DNA of 64,000 nt from positions 2,432,001-2,496,000 of the forward strand of contig JAXHMG010000003.1 in assembly GCA_034521595.1 (NCBI GenBank). The letters run 5' to 3'. This DNA is from Gemmatimonadota bacterium (GTDB taxonomy: Bacteria; Gemmatimonadota; Gemmatimonadetes; Longimicrobiales; Gaopeijiaceae). This document shows positions 29,888 to 38,784 of the stretch, piece by piece. The notes below the pieces were generated by a model. The model ran no database searches, was not told where the DNA came from, and was given only the letters and a program-made list of their open reading frames with translations. Position 1 is the stretch's first letter. The number at the start of each line of letters is the position of its first letter. Both the position numbers and the translations under genes were made by a program.

Positions 29888-30469
29888 ATGACCGACACGA
29901 CTCCGATTCGTCCAGGATCGCGCGCCCGCCGCGTGGTCCTCACCCTCACGGTCGCGGCACATGCCGCAGTATTCGCCGCGCTTCCGATGCCGGTGGACGC
30001 CCAGGCGCCACCCGCCGGCGAGATCGCGGAGCCTACGGTGGTCTACCTCGTACGACACGCGGAACGGGCCGAGGACGGCACGGACGACCCTCCGATCTCG
30101 GAAGCCGGCCAGGCACGGGCGCGGCTGGTCGCGCGCCTCCTGGCCGACGCGGAGGTCGAGCGGATCCATTCCACCCGCTACCGACGCACCCGGTCGACGG
30201 CCGCACCGCTCGCTGAAGCCCTGGGGCTCGAGGTCGCGCACTACGACACTGAGGACCTGAACAGGTTCGCGGCGCGGCTGCGCGCGCAGGGCGGACGGCA
30301 TCTGGTGGTCGGCCACAGCAATACGACGCCCGAGCTGGTGACCGCGCTCGGAGGCGATCCGGGGGCATCGATGCACGAGGCGGAGTACGACCGGCTCTAC
30401 ATCCTCACCCTGACCCCGGACACGACGTCGACGGTGCTGCTCCGCTTCGGCGCGGCGCCACCGCACTGA
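29888..30469 (+). CDS. Exported histidine phosphatase (phosphoglycerate mutase family)
   Basis: YLVRHAER, RTRSTA, VVGHSNT; signal peptide. Confidence 0.88.
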   Translation: MTDTTPIRPGSRARRVVLTLTVAAHAAVFAALPMPVDAQAPPAGEIAEPTVVYLVRHAERAEDGTDDPPISEAGQARARLVARLLADAEVERIHSTRYRRTRSTAAPLAEALGLEVAHYDTEDLNRFAARLRAQGGRHLVVGHSNTTPELVTALGGDPGASMHEAEYDRLYILTLTPDTTSTVLLRFGAAPPH

Positions 30470-30486
30470 CCTCGCACGCCGACCGG

Positions 30487-31938
30487 ATGCGCTGGGACGC
30501 GGTCGTCGTCGGAGCAGGGCCGAACGGGCTGTCCGCCGCGATCACGCTGGCCGCGGAGGGGCTTTCGACCCTCCTGATCGAGGCGAACGACGAGGTCGGA
30601 GGGGCGGCCCGCACCGCACCCCTCACGCTCCCGGGCTTTAGCCACGACGTCGGCTCGGCGGTCTACCCGATGGGGCTCGCCTCCCCGTTCTTCGCCTCCC
30701 TCCCGCTCGACGAGCACGGCCTGGATTGGGTCCATCCCGACCTTCCGCTCGCGCATCCGCTCGACGGGGGCCGGGTGGCGACCCTCCACCGCTCGCTCGA
30801 CGACACAACCGAGGCCCTGGGAGGCGCCGGTCCGGCCTACCGGGAGATGGTCGAGCCCTTCGTCGAGGCCTGGCCCCGCTTCCGGCGGCACGTGCTCGAC
30901 ACACCGTTCCGAGTTCCGACCGCCCCACTTCTGATGGCCCGCTTCGCGACCCGCGCCTTCCGACGCACGACGCGGCTGGCCGGGGGCCTTCCGACCCCTG
31001 GCGCACAGGCCCTGCTGGCAGGCAATGCCGCCCACGCAGGCGCACCTCTGGACACCTTCCCACCTTCGGCCGTGGGGCTGGTCCTCATGATCGCCGGACA
31101 CGCCGTCGGCTGGCCGGTGGCGCGAGGTGGGGCAGGCGCGATCACCGAGGCGCTCGCGGCACACTTCCGGTCGCTCGGCGGAACGATCGAGACCGGCCGC
31201 GCCGTGACGTCCCTCGACGATCTTCCCGAGGCCGAAGCGGTGGTCCTCGCGCTCACGCCCGCCCAGATCGCACGCATCGGGGGCGACGCCCTCCCGGCCC
31301 GGTACCGCACCGGGCTGGAGCGCTGGCGGTACGGCCCCGGTGCCTTCAAGGTGGATTGGGCGCTCGACGCGCCAATCCCGTGGACGTCCGATGCGTGCCG
31401 CCGTGCGGGCACCGTGCACCTCGGCGGCACCCTCGAAGAGATCGCGGCGGCGGAAGGGGCTCCGGCACGCGGCCGGCTCGCAGAGAACCCGTTCGTCCTC
31501 CTCGCCCAACCGTCACTCTTCGATCCCTCGCGCGCACCGGAGGGCCGGCATACGGCGTGGGCCTACTGCCACGTACCCAATGGGTGGCGCGGGGACGCCA
31601 CGGAGGTGATCGAACGGCAGGTCGAACGGTTCGCCCCCGGCTTCCGCGACACCGTCCTCGAGCGGTGCGTGCACGGTCCCTCCGACCTGGAAGCGTGGGA
31701 CGGCAATCTCGTGGGGGGCGACGTCAACGGCGGGGCGCTCACCCCGCGGCAGTGGCTCGGCCCCGAGCGCTGGAGCTTGCACCCTTGGTCCACCCCCGTC
31801 GCGGACCTCTACGTCTGCTCGGCCGCCACGCCACCGGGCGGAGGCGTCCACGGGATGTGCGGACACCATGCCGCACGCTCGGCGCTCCGGAGCTCGTTCG
31901 GCATCCACGCCCCCACGGTTTTCGGATCGCCCTCGTGA
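30487..31938 (+). CDS. Phytoene dehydrogenase-like FAD/NAD(P) oxidoreductase
   Basis: VVGAGPNGL, PGFSHD, TPPGGGVHGMCG. Confidence 0.88.
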   Translation: MRWDAVVVGAGPNGLSAAITLAAEGLSTLLIEANDEVGGAARTAPLTLPGFSHDVGSAVYPMGLASPFFASLPLDEHGLDWVHPDLPLAHPLDGGRVATLHRSLDDTTEALGGAGPAYREMVEPFVEAWPRFRRHVLDTPFRVPTAPLLMARFATRAFRRTTRLAGGLPTPGAQALLAGNAAHAGAPLDTFPPSAVGLVLMIAGHAVGWPVARGGAGAITEALAAHFRSLGGTIETGRAVTSLDDLPEAEAVVLALTPAQIARIGGDALPARYRTGLERWRYGPGAFKVDWALDAPIPWTSDACRRAGTVHLGGTLEEIAAAEGAPARGRLAENPFVLLAQPSLFDPSRAPEGRHTAWAYCHVPNGWRGDATEVIERQVERFAPGFRDTVLERCVHGPSDLEAWDGNLVGGDVNGGALTPRQWLGPERWSLHPWSTPVADLYVCSAATPPGGGVHGMCGHHAARSALRSSFGIHAPTVFGSPS

Positions 31939-31984
31939 GCATACCGTAGGGCGCCGCGCTCGCCCACCGTCCGGAGACCCTCTC

Positions 31985-34276
31985 ATCGACACGCACGCAC
32001 CGTCCTCGAACGGAAGCGGAATCACGCTCGCGTTCTTCACGGCCGCCATCACGGTCTCCGCCGCGCTTCTCTTCGTCGTGCAGCCGATGGTCGGGAAGAT
32101 GATCCTGCCTCAGGGGGGCGGCAGCCCGCAGGTCTGGATCACCGCGCTGGTCTTCTTCCAGTCGGCGCTTCTGGCCGGCTACGCCTACGCCCACTACAGC
32201 GTGCGCTGGCTGGGACCCCGCCGGCAGATCTTCCTGCACGCCGTGGTCCTGCTGCTTCCGGCGCTCGTCCTCCCCATCGCGCTCCCCGAGTTGCCGGCTC
32301 TGGAAGGCGCGCCCCCGTCCCTCTGGATCCTGGCGCTCCTGACGGTAGGGGTGGGGGCTCCGTTCTTCGTGGTCGCCTCCGCGAGTCCGTTGCTCCAGAG
32401 CTGGTTCGCCAGCACGAGGCACATGTCGGCCGGGGATCCGTATTTCCTGTACGCAAGCAGCAATGCGGGGAGCCTGGTGGGGCTCCTCGTCTACCCGTTC
32501 GTGGTCGAGCCGCTGCTCCCGTTGAGCACCCAGTCCACGGCCTGGGCTCTCGGGTACGCGCTCTTCGTAGTCCTCGCGGCCGGATGCGCCATGGCGGCGT
32601 TGCGTTCGGGAAAAGCGGGATTTGCGCGGACCGGCCCGACCACGGAGGTGAAGGCGAACGGCGAAGCAACCCCGACCGCCCTACCGGAGCACCCGGAGCC
32701 CGCCCCCGGCGACCGTGCGTTCTGGCTCGCCGCCTCGGCGATCCCTTCGGCGCTCCTCATGGGCGTCACGCACTTCATCACGAGCCGGGTGGCGCCGGTG
32801 CCACTCCTCTGGGTGCTGCCCCTCGCTCTGTACCTCATCACCTTCATCGTCGCGTTCTCCCGGTTCCGGACGGTCTCGACGGAGCGGGTATCCCGCCTTC
32901 TCGCCATCCTGGGGGTCTTTCTCGCGCTGGCGCTGCTCGCCCGCCTCGGCGACCCGATCTGGCTCATCGTGATCCTGCACTTGGCCGTGCTCACGGTCGG
33001 CGCCCTGCTCTGTCACCAGCGGTTGGCCGACCGCAGACCGGACCCGCGGCACCTCACCGAGTTCTACCTCCTGATCTCGCTCGGCGGCGTCCTGGGTGGT
33101 GCGTTCAGCGCCCTGATCGCGCCCGTGGCCTTCAACGACATCGCGGAGTATCCGATCGCGGTCGCGCTGGCCGCCCTCCTCCGGCTTCCGATGCGCGGCA
33201 CGCGTACCAGGGGTGACGAGGGCGAAGCACCCTCCGAGGCATCCGTCCCTCTTCGCACCCGCGCCCTCGATTTCGCGCTACCCGCGGCGTTGGGCGTGTA
33301 CATGCTCGTCGGCGACCGATTCGTGGCCCCCATGGAATCAGTTCCGGACGGGGTCGTCGTCGTGGTGCTCGCCTTCGTGCCCAGCATCCTGGTGTTCACC
33401 TTCGCGCCGCGGCCGCTCCGGTACGTGCTCGGCCTCTCGCTCCTCTTCTTCTTCGCCCAGTCGGGACAGATGTACCGTGGGAACGTCCTCCACCAGGAGC
33501 GCACCTTCTTCGGCATCCACCGGGTCGTTACGGATCCCGACGAGTCGCTGACCATGCTCTACCACGGAGCCACGGCGCACGGAATCCAGAGCCGCGACCC
33601 CGGGCGGGAGGACGAGCCCCTCGCCTACTACCACCGGAGCGGCCCCGCGGGTAGCATGGTCGCCGCCCTCGCGGAGCAGCCCGACCGCCGGGACATCGCG
33701 CTGGTCGGTGTCGGCACGGGAGCGCTCGCCGCGCTGGCCGGCCCCCACCAACACCTCACCCTCTACGAGATCGACGCGGAAGTTATCGAGATCGCCGAGA
33801 ATCCGCGCTACTTCACCTTTCTCGAGGAGAGCCCCGCGTCCTACGAGACCGTCATCGGAGACGGCCGCATCCAGCTCGCGGAGTCGGAACGGCGCTTCGA
33901 CCTCATCGTGCTCGACGCCTTCACCGGCGGCTCCATCCCCGTCCATCTCCTGACGCGGGAAGCCGTCGAGCTCTACCTCGACCGACTGCGACCCGGCGGC
34001 ATCCTCCTCTTCCATGTCTCCAACAGGCATCTCGCGCTCGCGCCGGTGCTCGCCACCCACGCCCGCGATCTCGAGCTCTTCGCGTACGAGCGCGTCGACG
34101 CGCGCACGGATCTCGAGGAGGGGATCTTCGGCTCGCACTGGGTGACCCTCGTACGACGTCCCGAGGCGCTGGAAGGCGTTCCCGACACGGGCTGGCGCGA
34201 GCTCCGGGCAGCTGCGGGCGCGCGGGCCTGGACGGACGACTTCTCGAACCTGCTCACGGTGCAGCGCTGGTTCTGA
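31985..34276 (+). CDS. Fused membrane (MFS-like)/spermidine synthase-like protein
   Basis: LLFVVQPMVGK, DPYFLYASSNAGS, VGVGTGA, YEID, GDGR, LDAFTGGSIPVHLLT, WTDDFSNL; start uncertain. Confidence 0.85.
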   Translation: MDTHAPSSNGSGITLAFFTAAITVSAALLFVVQPMVGKMILPQGGGSPQVWITALVFFQSALLAGYAYAHYSVRWLGPRRQIFLHAVVLLLPALVLPIALPELPALEGAPPSLWILALLTVGVGAPFFVVASASPLLQSWFASTRHMSAGDPYFLYASSNAGSLVGLLVYPFVVEPLLPLSTQSTAWALGYALFVVLAAGCAMAALRSGKAGFARTGPTTEVKANGEATPTALPEHPEPAPGDRAFWLAASAIPSALLMGVTHFITSRVAPVPLLWVLPLALYLITFIVAFSRFRTVSTERVSRLLAILGVFLALALLARLGDPIWLIVILHLAVLTVGALLCHQRLADRRPDPRHLTEFYLLISLGGVLGGAFSALIAPVAFNDIAEYPIAVALAALLRLPMRGTRTRGDEGEAPSEASVPLRTRALDFALPAALGVYMLVGDRFVAPMESVPDGVVVVVLAFVPSILVFTFAPRPLRYVLGLSLLFFFAQSGQMYRGNVLHQERTFFGIHRVVTDPDESLTMLYHGATAHGIQSRDPGREDEPLAYYHRSGPAGSMVAALAEQPDRRDIALVGVGTGALAALAGPHQHLTLYEIDAEVIEIAENPRYFTFLEESPASYETVIGDGRIQLAESERRFDLIVLDAFTGGSIPVHLLTREAVELYLDRLRPGGILLFHVSNRHLALAPVLATHARDLELFAYERVDARTDLEEGIFGSHWVTLVRRPEALEGVPDTGWRELRAAAGARAWTDDFSNLLTVQRWF

Positions 34277-34332
34277 GTCCGCCGGCGCCTCGACCACGGG
34301 CTGCTAGTGTCAGTCGTCGTTCCGCACCGCCG

Positions 34333-35349
34333 TCACGCCCACCCCTCGCTCGCGAACCGCTCCCCGTCCTTGGCCACGATCAGGCCTTCCGCGCCGGGGA
34401 CCCGCTCCAGCATGGCGAGGCCCGCTTCGGGGCCGAGCACGAGCAGGGCCGTCGAGAGGGCATCGGCGTCCATGGCGGTATCGGTCACCACCGTCACGGA
34501 GCTCGTGTGCTCGGGGGAGCGGCCGGTGCGCGGGTCGAGGATGTGGTGGTGGCGCCGGTCCTGGGTAAACGCCTGCATGTAGTCGCCGGACGTCGCCACG
34601 GCCTGCCCTCGCAGGCGAAGCTGCGCGAGAGACCGAGCCGGCTCGTCCGGGTCTTCCACCGCGATCGTCCACGGATCGTCCCGCACGGCCGTCCCTCCCG
34701 AGGCGATGTCACCTCCAGCGTCGACCATGATGCGCTCCGCCCCGGTCGCCGCGATCTCGGCCACGGCCCGGTCGACCACGAACCCCTTGGCGATGCCGTC
34801 CAACGTGAGCGCCATGCCGGGCCGTGTGAAGCGCACCTGCCCGTCACGCACATCCACCCCGTCGAAGCCGACCGCCCGGAGCGCCCGCTCGATCTCCTCC
34901 CGGGTGGGTAGCGAACCGTCCCGTTCGTGGCGGCGCTCGTAGGCGCGCAGCAACGGCGCCACGGTCGGGTCGAACGCTCCGCCGCTCCAATCGTGCATCG
35001 TCCGGGCCCGCCGGAGCACCGCACGGAGCTCGTCCGGCACCGGCGCGAGCATGCCGTCACGGTTGAGCGCCGACATCGGCGTGTTCGCGGCATGCCGGCT
35101 GAGGATGCCTTCGAGTCGCTCGATCTCCGCGAACCCGCTCCGCACGATCGCACGCGCGTGGCCGCCGTCCTCGTGCACGGCCGTGATCGTGACCAGCGTC
35201 CCGAGCCGTGGCCGGGTCTCGGTGACGCGTCGCAATCCGGCGCGCCGGAGAATCTCCAGCGTGAGTCCACCGCCCAGCGCCAGCGCGGCACCGCCGACCG
35301 CGGTGATCCGCAGCACGTCGCGGCGCGTCAGCTCACGAGGCTCAGACAC
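34333..35349 (-). CDS. apbE: FAD:protein FMN transferase
   Basis: TRRDVL Tat motif; GAFDPTV, LDGIAKGF, DAGGDI, VATSGDY, HHILDPRTG, ADALSTA. Confidence 0.93.
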   Translation of the reverse strand: MSEPRELTRRDVLRITAVGGAALALGGGLTLEILRRAGLRRVTETRPRLGTLVTITAVHEDGGHARAIVRSGFAEIERLEGILSRHAANTPMSALNRDGMLAPVPDELRAVLRRARTMHDWSGGAFDPTVAPLLRAYERRHERDGSLPTREEIERALRAVGFDGVDVRDGQVRFTRPGMALTLDGIAKGFVVDRAVAEIAATGAERIMVDAGGDIASGGTAVRDDPWTIAVEDPDEPARSLAQLRLRGQAVATSGDYMQAFTQDRRHHHILDPRTGRSPEHTSSVTVVTDTAMDADALSTALLVLGPEAGLAMLERVPGAEGLIVAKDGERFASEGWA

Positions 35350-37591
35350 CAGCGCTCTCCCGCTGCCGTCCGTCCTTCAGCTGCACCAGCCTGGGGCGGA
35401 CGTCGGCCATGTCGTGCCGGCACACGCCGACCTTCTCGATGAGGTTCGTCTCGCACCGATTGCACCGCACGCATTCCTTGAAATCGATCTTCGGCCCCTC
35501 GATGGCACCGGTCGGGCAATCGTTCTCGCAGACCTTGCACACGTCGCACTGCTCCACGCGCCCGATCCGGCGAAGAGAGAGAAACGACGCCACGGCGAGC
35601 CCGGCGCCGAGCGGGCACGCGTACCGGCAATAGAAGCGTGGGACGACGGCCGAGGCAACGAGGAACGCGCCGGCGATCATCCACAGGAAAAACGATGGGC
35701 TCAAGAAGAAGACCGTGCCGAACGGCTCGAAGTACTGATAGAGGCTCGTCCGGCTCCCGAGTAGCGCCGGCACGAGGATCAGCGCCAGAATCACGTACTT
35801 CGCCTTGAGGGCGGGCAGGTGGATACGCCGGGGCACGTCGATACGGAAGCGGCGCGGCACCACCCGCTCGATCATGTCCTGGAGCGCTCCGAACGGGCAG
35901 AGCACGCCACAGAAGACCCGCCCCCACACCAACGTCGTCACCACCGTGACGACCACCATGATGAGGAGCGGAAGGTCTCGCAGGAACACGTCAGGCCCGA
36001 CCCAGATGGCGGCGGTGACGTGCGAGATCGACAGAAAGCTCCCGTCCAGAAAGCCGAGAAACGCGATCGTCGCCGCCAGGGCCGCGTAGCGTAGCGCCGT
36101 GTTCTTCAGGAAGAAGGCGACGAGCGCGAGCCCGAGCACGAAGCTGAGCCCCACGACCCGCGACCAGTCGGTTCCGGCCAACGTCCGTGCCAGCTCGGAC
36201 TCCTCTTCCACCGTGGAGAAGTCGAACGCCCCCTCTTGCGTCCGTGGAGGGGGCGAAGAATCCGTCGGGCCGGTGGACGTCGCCTCACCGCTCGCGGCCA
36301 TCCCGGTCCCTGCGGAGTCGACAGGCTCTTCGTCGAACTCCTCCTCCTCCGATGTCCCGGCAACGAGCTCGGCGTCGGGCGCGCCCGTAGGTTCCGCATC
36401 GGTCGATGGCTCGCCCGGGGAAGGTGCCGTGGCACCTTCGACCGCGGCGTCCGCGCCGGGTTCGTCGACCGAGTCCGCCGTCGGCTCGGGGGCTTCCACC
36501 GCGGGAGCATCGGCTACGGAGGGCTCGGTCGCGGCGACAGCCGCGGATTCGGGGGAAGGAGGAGCCTGCTCATCGAGGGCATCGAAGTAGGTCAGGTAAT
36601 GGCCCTCGTGGTCGTCCAGGTCGTACATCATGGTGAACGGCCGGGTCACGTCGATCCGGTCGTCGAGCATGAACACCCCGGCCATCACCGCCTCACCGTC
36701 CACCCGTCCACCCCGCGTCATCCCCAGCGAGTAGATCTGGCTCCTCGGCAGCTCGAGGGTGTCACCACCCTGCTCGACGTACCAACCCTCCCGCACGAAC
36801 AGGCGCAGCCGCGGTCCCTCGAGCGCGTACATGAGGTAGGTGGGGTCCTCGACGTTCTGCCGTTCGGCCGCGGCGTGGAGGCGCGGCACGTCTTCCTCGC
36901 CGACAAAGAACTCGGCGATCGAGTCGTTGGGCAGGTGTGTCATCGAGATGTCGAGGTAGCCCTGATCGTCCTCGATGAGCATCCGCTTCAACACCCCGCG
37001 GGAGCGCATCTCGAACCACGAAAGCTCCTCGAGGACGATCGGGCCCTGCTCGACGTCCCCCAAAACTTCCTCGCCGTACGCCTGAGCCACCCGCCGACTC
37101 GCGTTCCGGATGCCGCGAGCGAGCGCCCGCGTGCTGATCGTCGCGCGCGTGACACCATCCACGTCCCCGTTCACCTCGAACGGGTCCGCGACGCTCTTCC
37201 CGGCGAACTGCTCCTGGACGCCGTCTCGTCGAAGAAAGTCCCCCATGCTGCTCCGGTAGGACTCGTAGTACTCCGTCACGCGCGCCCCCGTGAGGCGGCC
37301 GTCCACCCCCAGTCCCACGATCGCCCGCACCGGTCCGCTGTAGCCTTGTTGTTCCGGAGGAATGTCCCGCGTTAGAAACACGAAGCCGAGGAGCTCCTCG
37401 CCGTCGTAGGCCCGGATGACCGGTGGGTCGCCCCTCTTGCTCTCGAAACGGTCCGCGCCCGGCATGACCTCTTCGAGTCGGTCCCGGGAGATCCCCGAGA
37501 CCGACTGTGCCCCGAGGTCCACGGCGAGAACCGCGCAGAGGAGCAGCAGCGCGCACGGCACGCGCGAGGGAAACGGTAGGTGAGAGGCCAT
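35342..37591 (-). CDS. NosR/NirI-like membrane protein: FMN-binding domain, TM core, 4Fe-4S clusters
   Basis: GYSGPV, DGVTRATIST, GRVFCGVLCPFG, RFYCRYACPLG, CDVCKVCENDCP, CVRCNRC. Confidence 0.85.
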   Translation of the reverse strand: MASHLPFPSRVPCALLLLCAVLAVDLGAQSVSGISRDRLEEVMPGADRFESKRGDPPVIRAYDGEELLGFVFLTRDIPPEQQGYSGPVRAIVGLGVDGRLTGARVTEYYESYRSSMGDFLRRDGVQEQFAGKSVADPFEVNGDVDGVTRATISTRALARGIRNASRRVAQAYGEEVLGDVEQGPIVLEELSWFEMRSRGVLKRMLIEDDQGYLDISMTHLPNDSIAEFFVGEEDVPRLHAAAERQNVEDPTYLMYALEGPRLRLFVREGWYVEQGGDTLELPRSQIYSLGMTRGGRVDGEAVMAGVFMLDDRIDVTRPFTMMYDLDDHEGHYLTYFDALDEQAPPSPESAAVAATEPSVADAPAVEAPEPTADSVDEPGADAAVEGATAPSPGEPSTDAEPTGAPDAELVAGTSEEEEFDEEPVDSAGTGMAASGEATSTGPTDSSPPPRTQEGAFDFSTVEEESELARTLAGTDWSRVVGLSFVLGLALVAFFLKNTALRYAALAATIAFLGFLDGSFLSISHVTAAIWVGPDVFLRDLPLLIMVVVTVVTTLVWGRVFCGVLCPFGALQDMIERVVPRRFRIDVPRRIHLPALKAKYVILALILVPALLGSRTSLYQYFEPFGTVFFLSPSFFLWMIAGAFLVASAVVPRFYCRYACPLGAGLAVASFLSLRRIGRVEQCDVCKVCENDCPTGAIEGPKIDFKECVRCNRCETNLIEKVGVCRHDMADVRPRLVQLKDGRQRESAGV

Positions 37592-37872
37592 GGTGATTGG
37601 CGGCGACCCGGATACATGGACACGAACGACGGGTTCGGACCCCGCAAGGACACCCTGAACCCGGCGGCTGCTGACGGACCGCGGGGACTGACGGGTGCTT
37701 CCGGCTCCGTAACCGACGGCCGCGGGCCTTCCAACCTGGAACCGAGCCCCCACAGCGTACCGACCCGCTATACCGCGACGCAACACGTCGATCAGGCCGT
37801 GCCCTGTCGAAGTCTCCGGATCGTGCGCATAATGATGCTCGATGTGGTGTAGGGTATTGGACTCCAAGGAGG

Positions 37873-38727
37873 ATGAATATGAAGAAGTGGTCCCGCGCGC
37901 CGTTCGCGCTGATCATGGGCGTCAGCGTCGCGGTGACGCCGGTGTCCGCGCAGCAGGAGCGCCACGACATGTCGACGTTCGAGCGTCCGATCGAGATGGC
38001 GGACAACGTCTGGATCGAGGAGCTCACCATGCCCGAGGTTCGGGACCTGCTCCGGAGCGGCACGAACACCGCGCTCATCCTGACCGGCGGCATCGAAGAG
38101 AACGGGCCATACCTGACCACCGGCAAGCACAACCACGTGCTCCGCGTGACGGGAGAGGCCATCGCCCGAAAGCTCGGGGATGCGCTCATTGCTCCGATCG
38201 TCACCATCGAGCCCGGCAATCCGGAAAATGCCGACACACCCGGCGGAATCCGCTATTCCCAGGAAACCTATCGGGCGGTGCTGCGCGACTACGCGATGAG
38301 CCTCAAGGCCCAGGGCTTCACCCGCATCTTCATGATGGGCGACAGCGGCGGCAACCTGCGCGGCATGGAAGAAGTCGCCTCGGAACTCAGCGAGAAGTGG
38401 GCTAACGAGGACGTGCTCGTCGCCCACGTCGACGAGTACTACAACTACGATGACGTGCTGCAGTACCAGATCGACGTGCTCGGCGTCCCCGAGACACGGT
38501 ACGCGGACGGGTTCCACGACAACTACTACATCACGTCGATCATCATGAACGACGATCCCCGGTTCGTCCGCTTCGAGGAGCGGCTCGAGGCCGACAAGGC
38601 CTCGATCAACGGGATCCCGATCTCGCCGATCGGTGAAACGCTCGAGCACGGACGCAGGCTGATCGACTTCCGTGCGGACGCGACAGTGGAGGCCATCCGC
38701 GAGCTCATCGCGGAGCACTCGCACTGA
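37873..38727 (+). CDS. Exported creatininase family amidohydrolase
   Basis: Signal VSA-Q; IEELTMPEVRD, GGIEENGPYL, GDSGGN, GFHD. Confidence 0.85.
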   Translation: MNMKKWSRAPFALIMGVSVAVTPVSAQQERHDMSTFERPIEMADNVWIEELTMPEVRDLLRSGTNTALILTGGIEENGPYLTTGKHNHVLRVTGEAIARKLGDALIAPIVTIEPGNPENADTPGGIRYSQETYRAVLRDYAMSLKAQGFTRIFMMGDSGGNLRGMEEVASELSEKWANEDVLVAHVDEYYNYDDVLQYQIDVLGVPETRYADGFHDNYYITSIIMNDDPRFVRFEERLEADKASINGIPISPIGETLEHGRRLIDFRADATVEAIRELIAEHSH

Positions 38728-38784
38728 CGGGTCGGTCGGGAGCGGGCGGTTCCCCTCGAGGAGCCGCCCGCTTCACGACTGTTG

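Noticed and set aside
37625-37755. FMN riboswitch
   Set aside because: Conserved GGTGAAATTCC and AGTCCGGATG elements are absent on both strands
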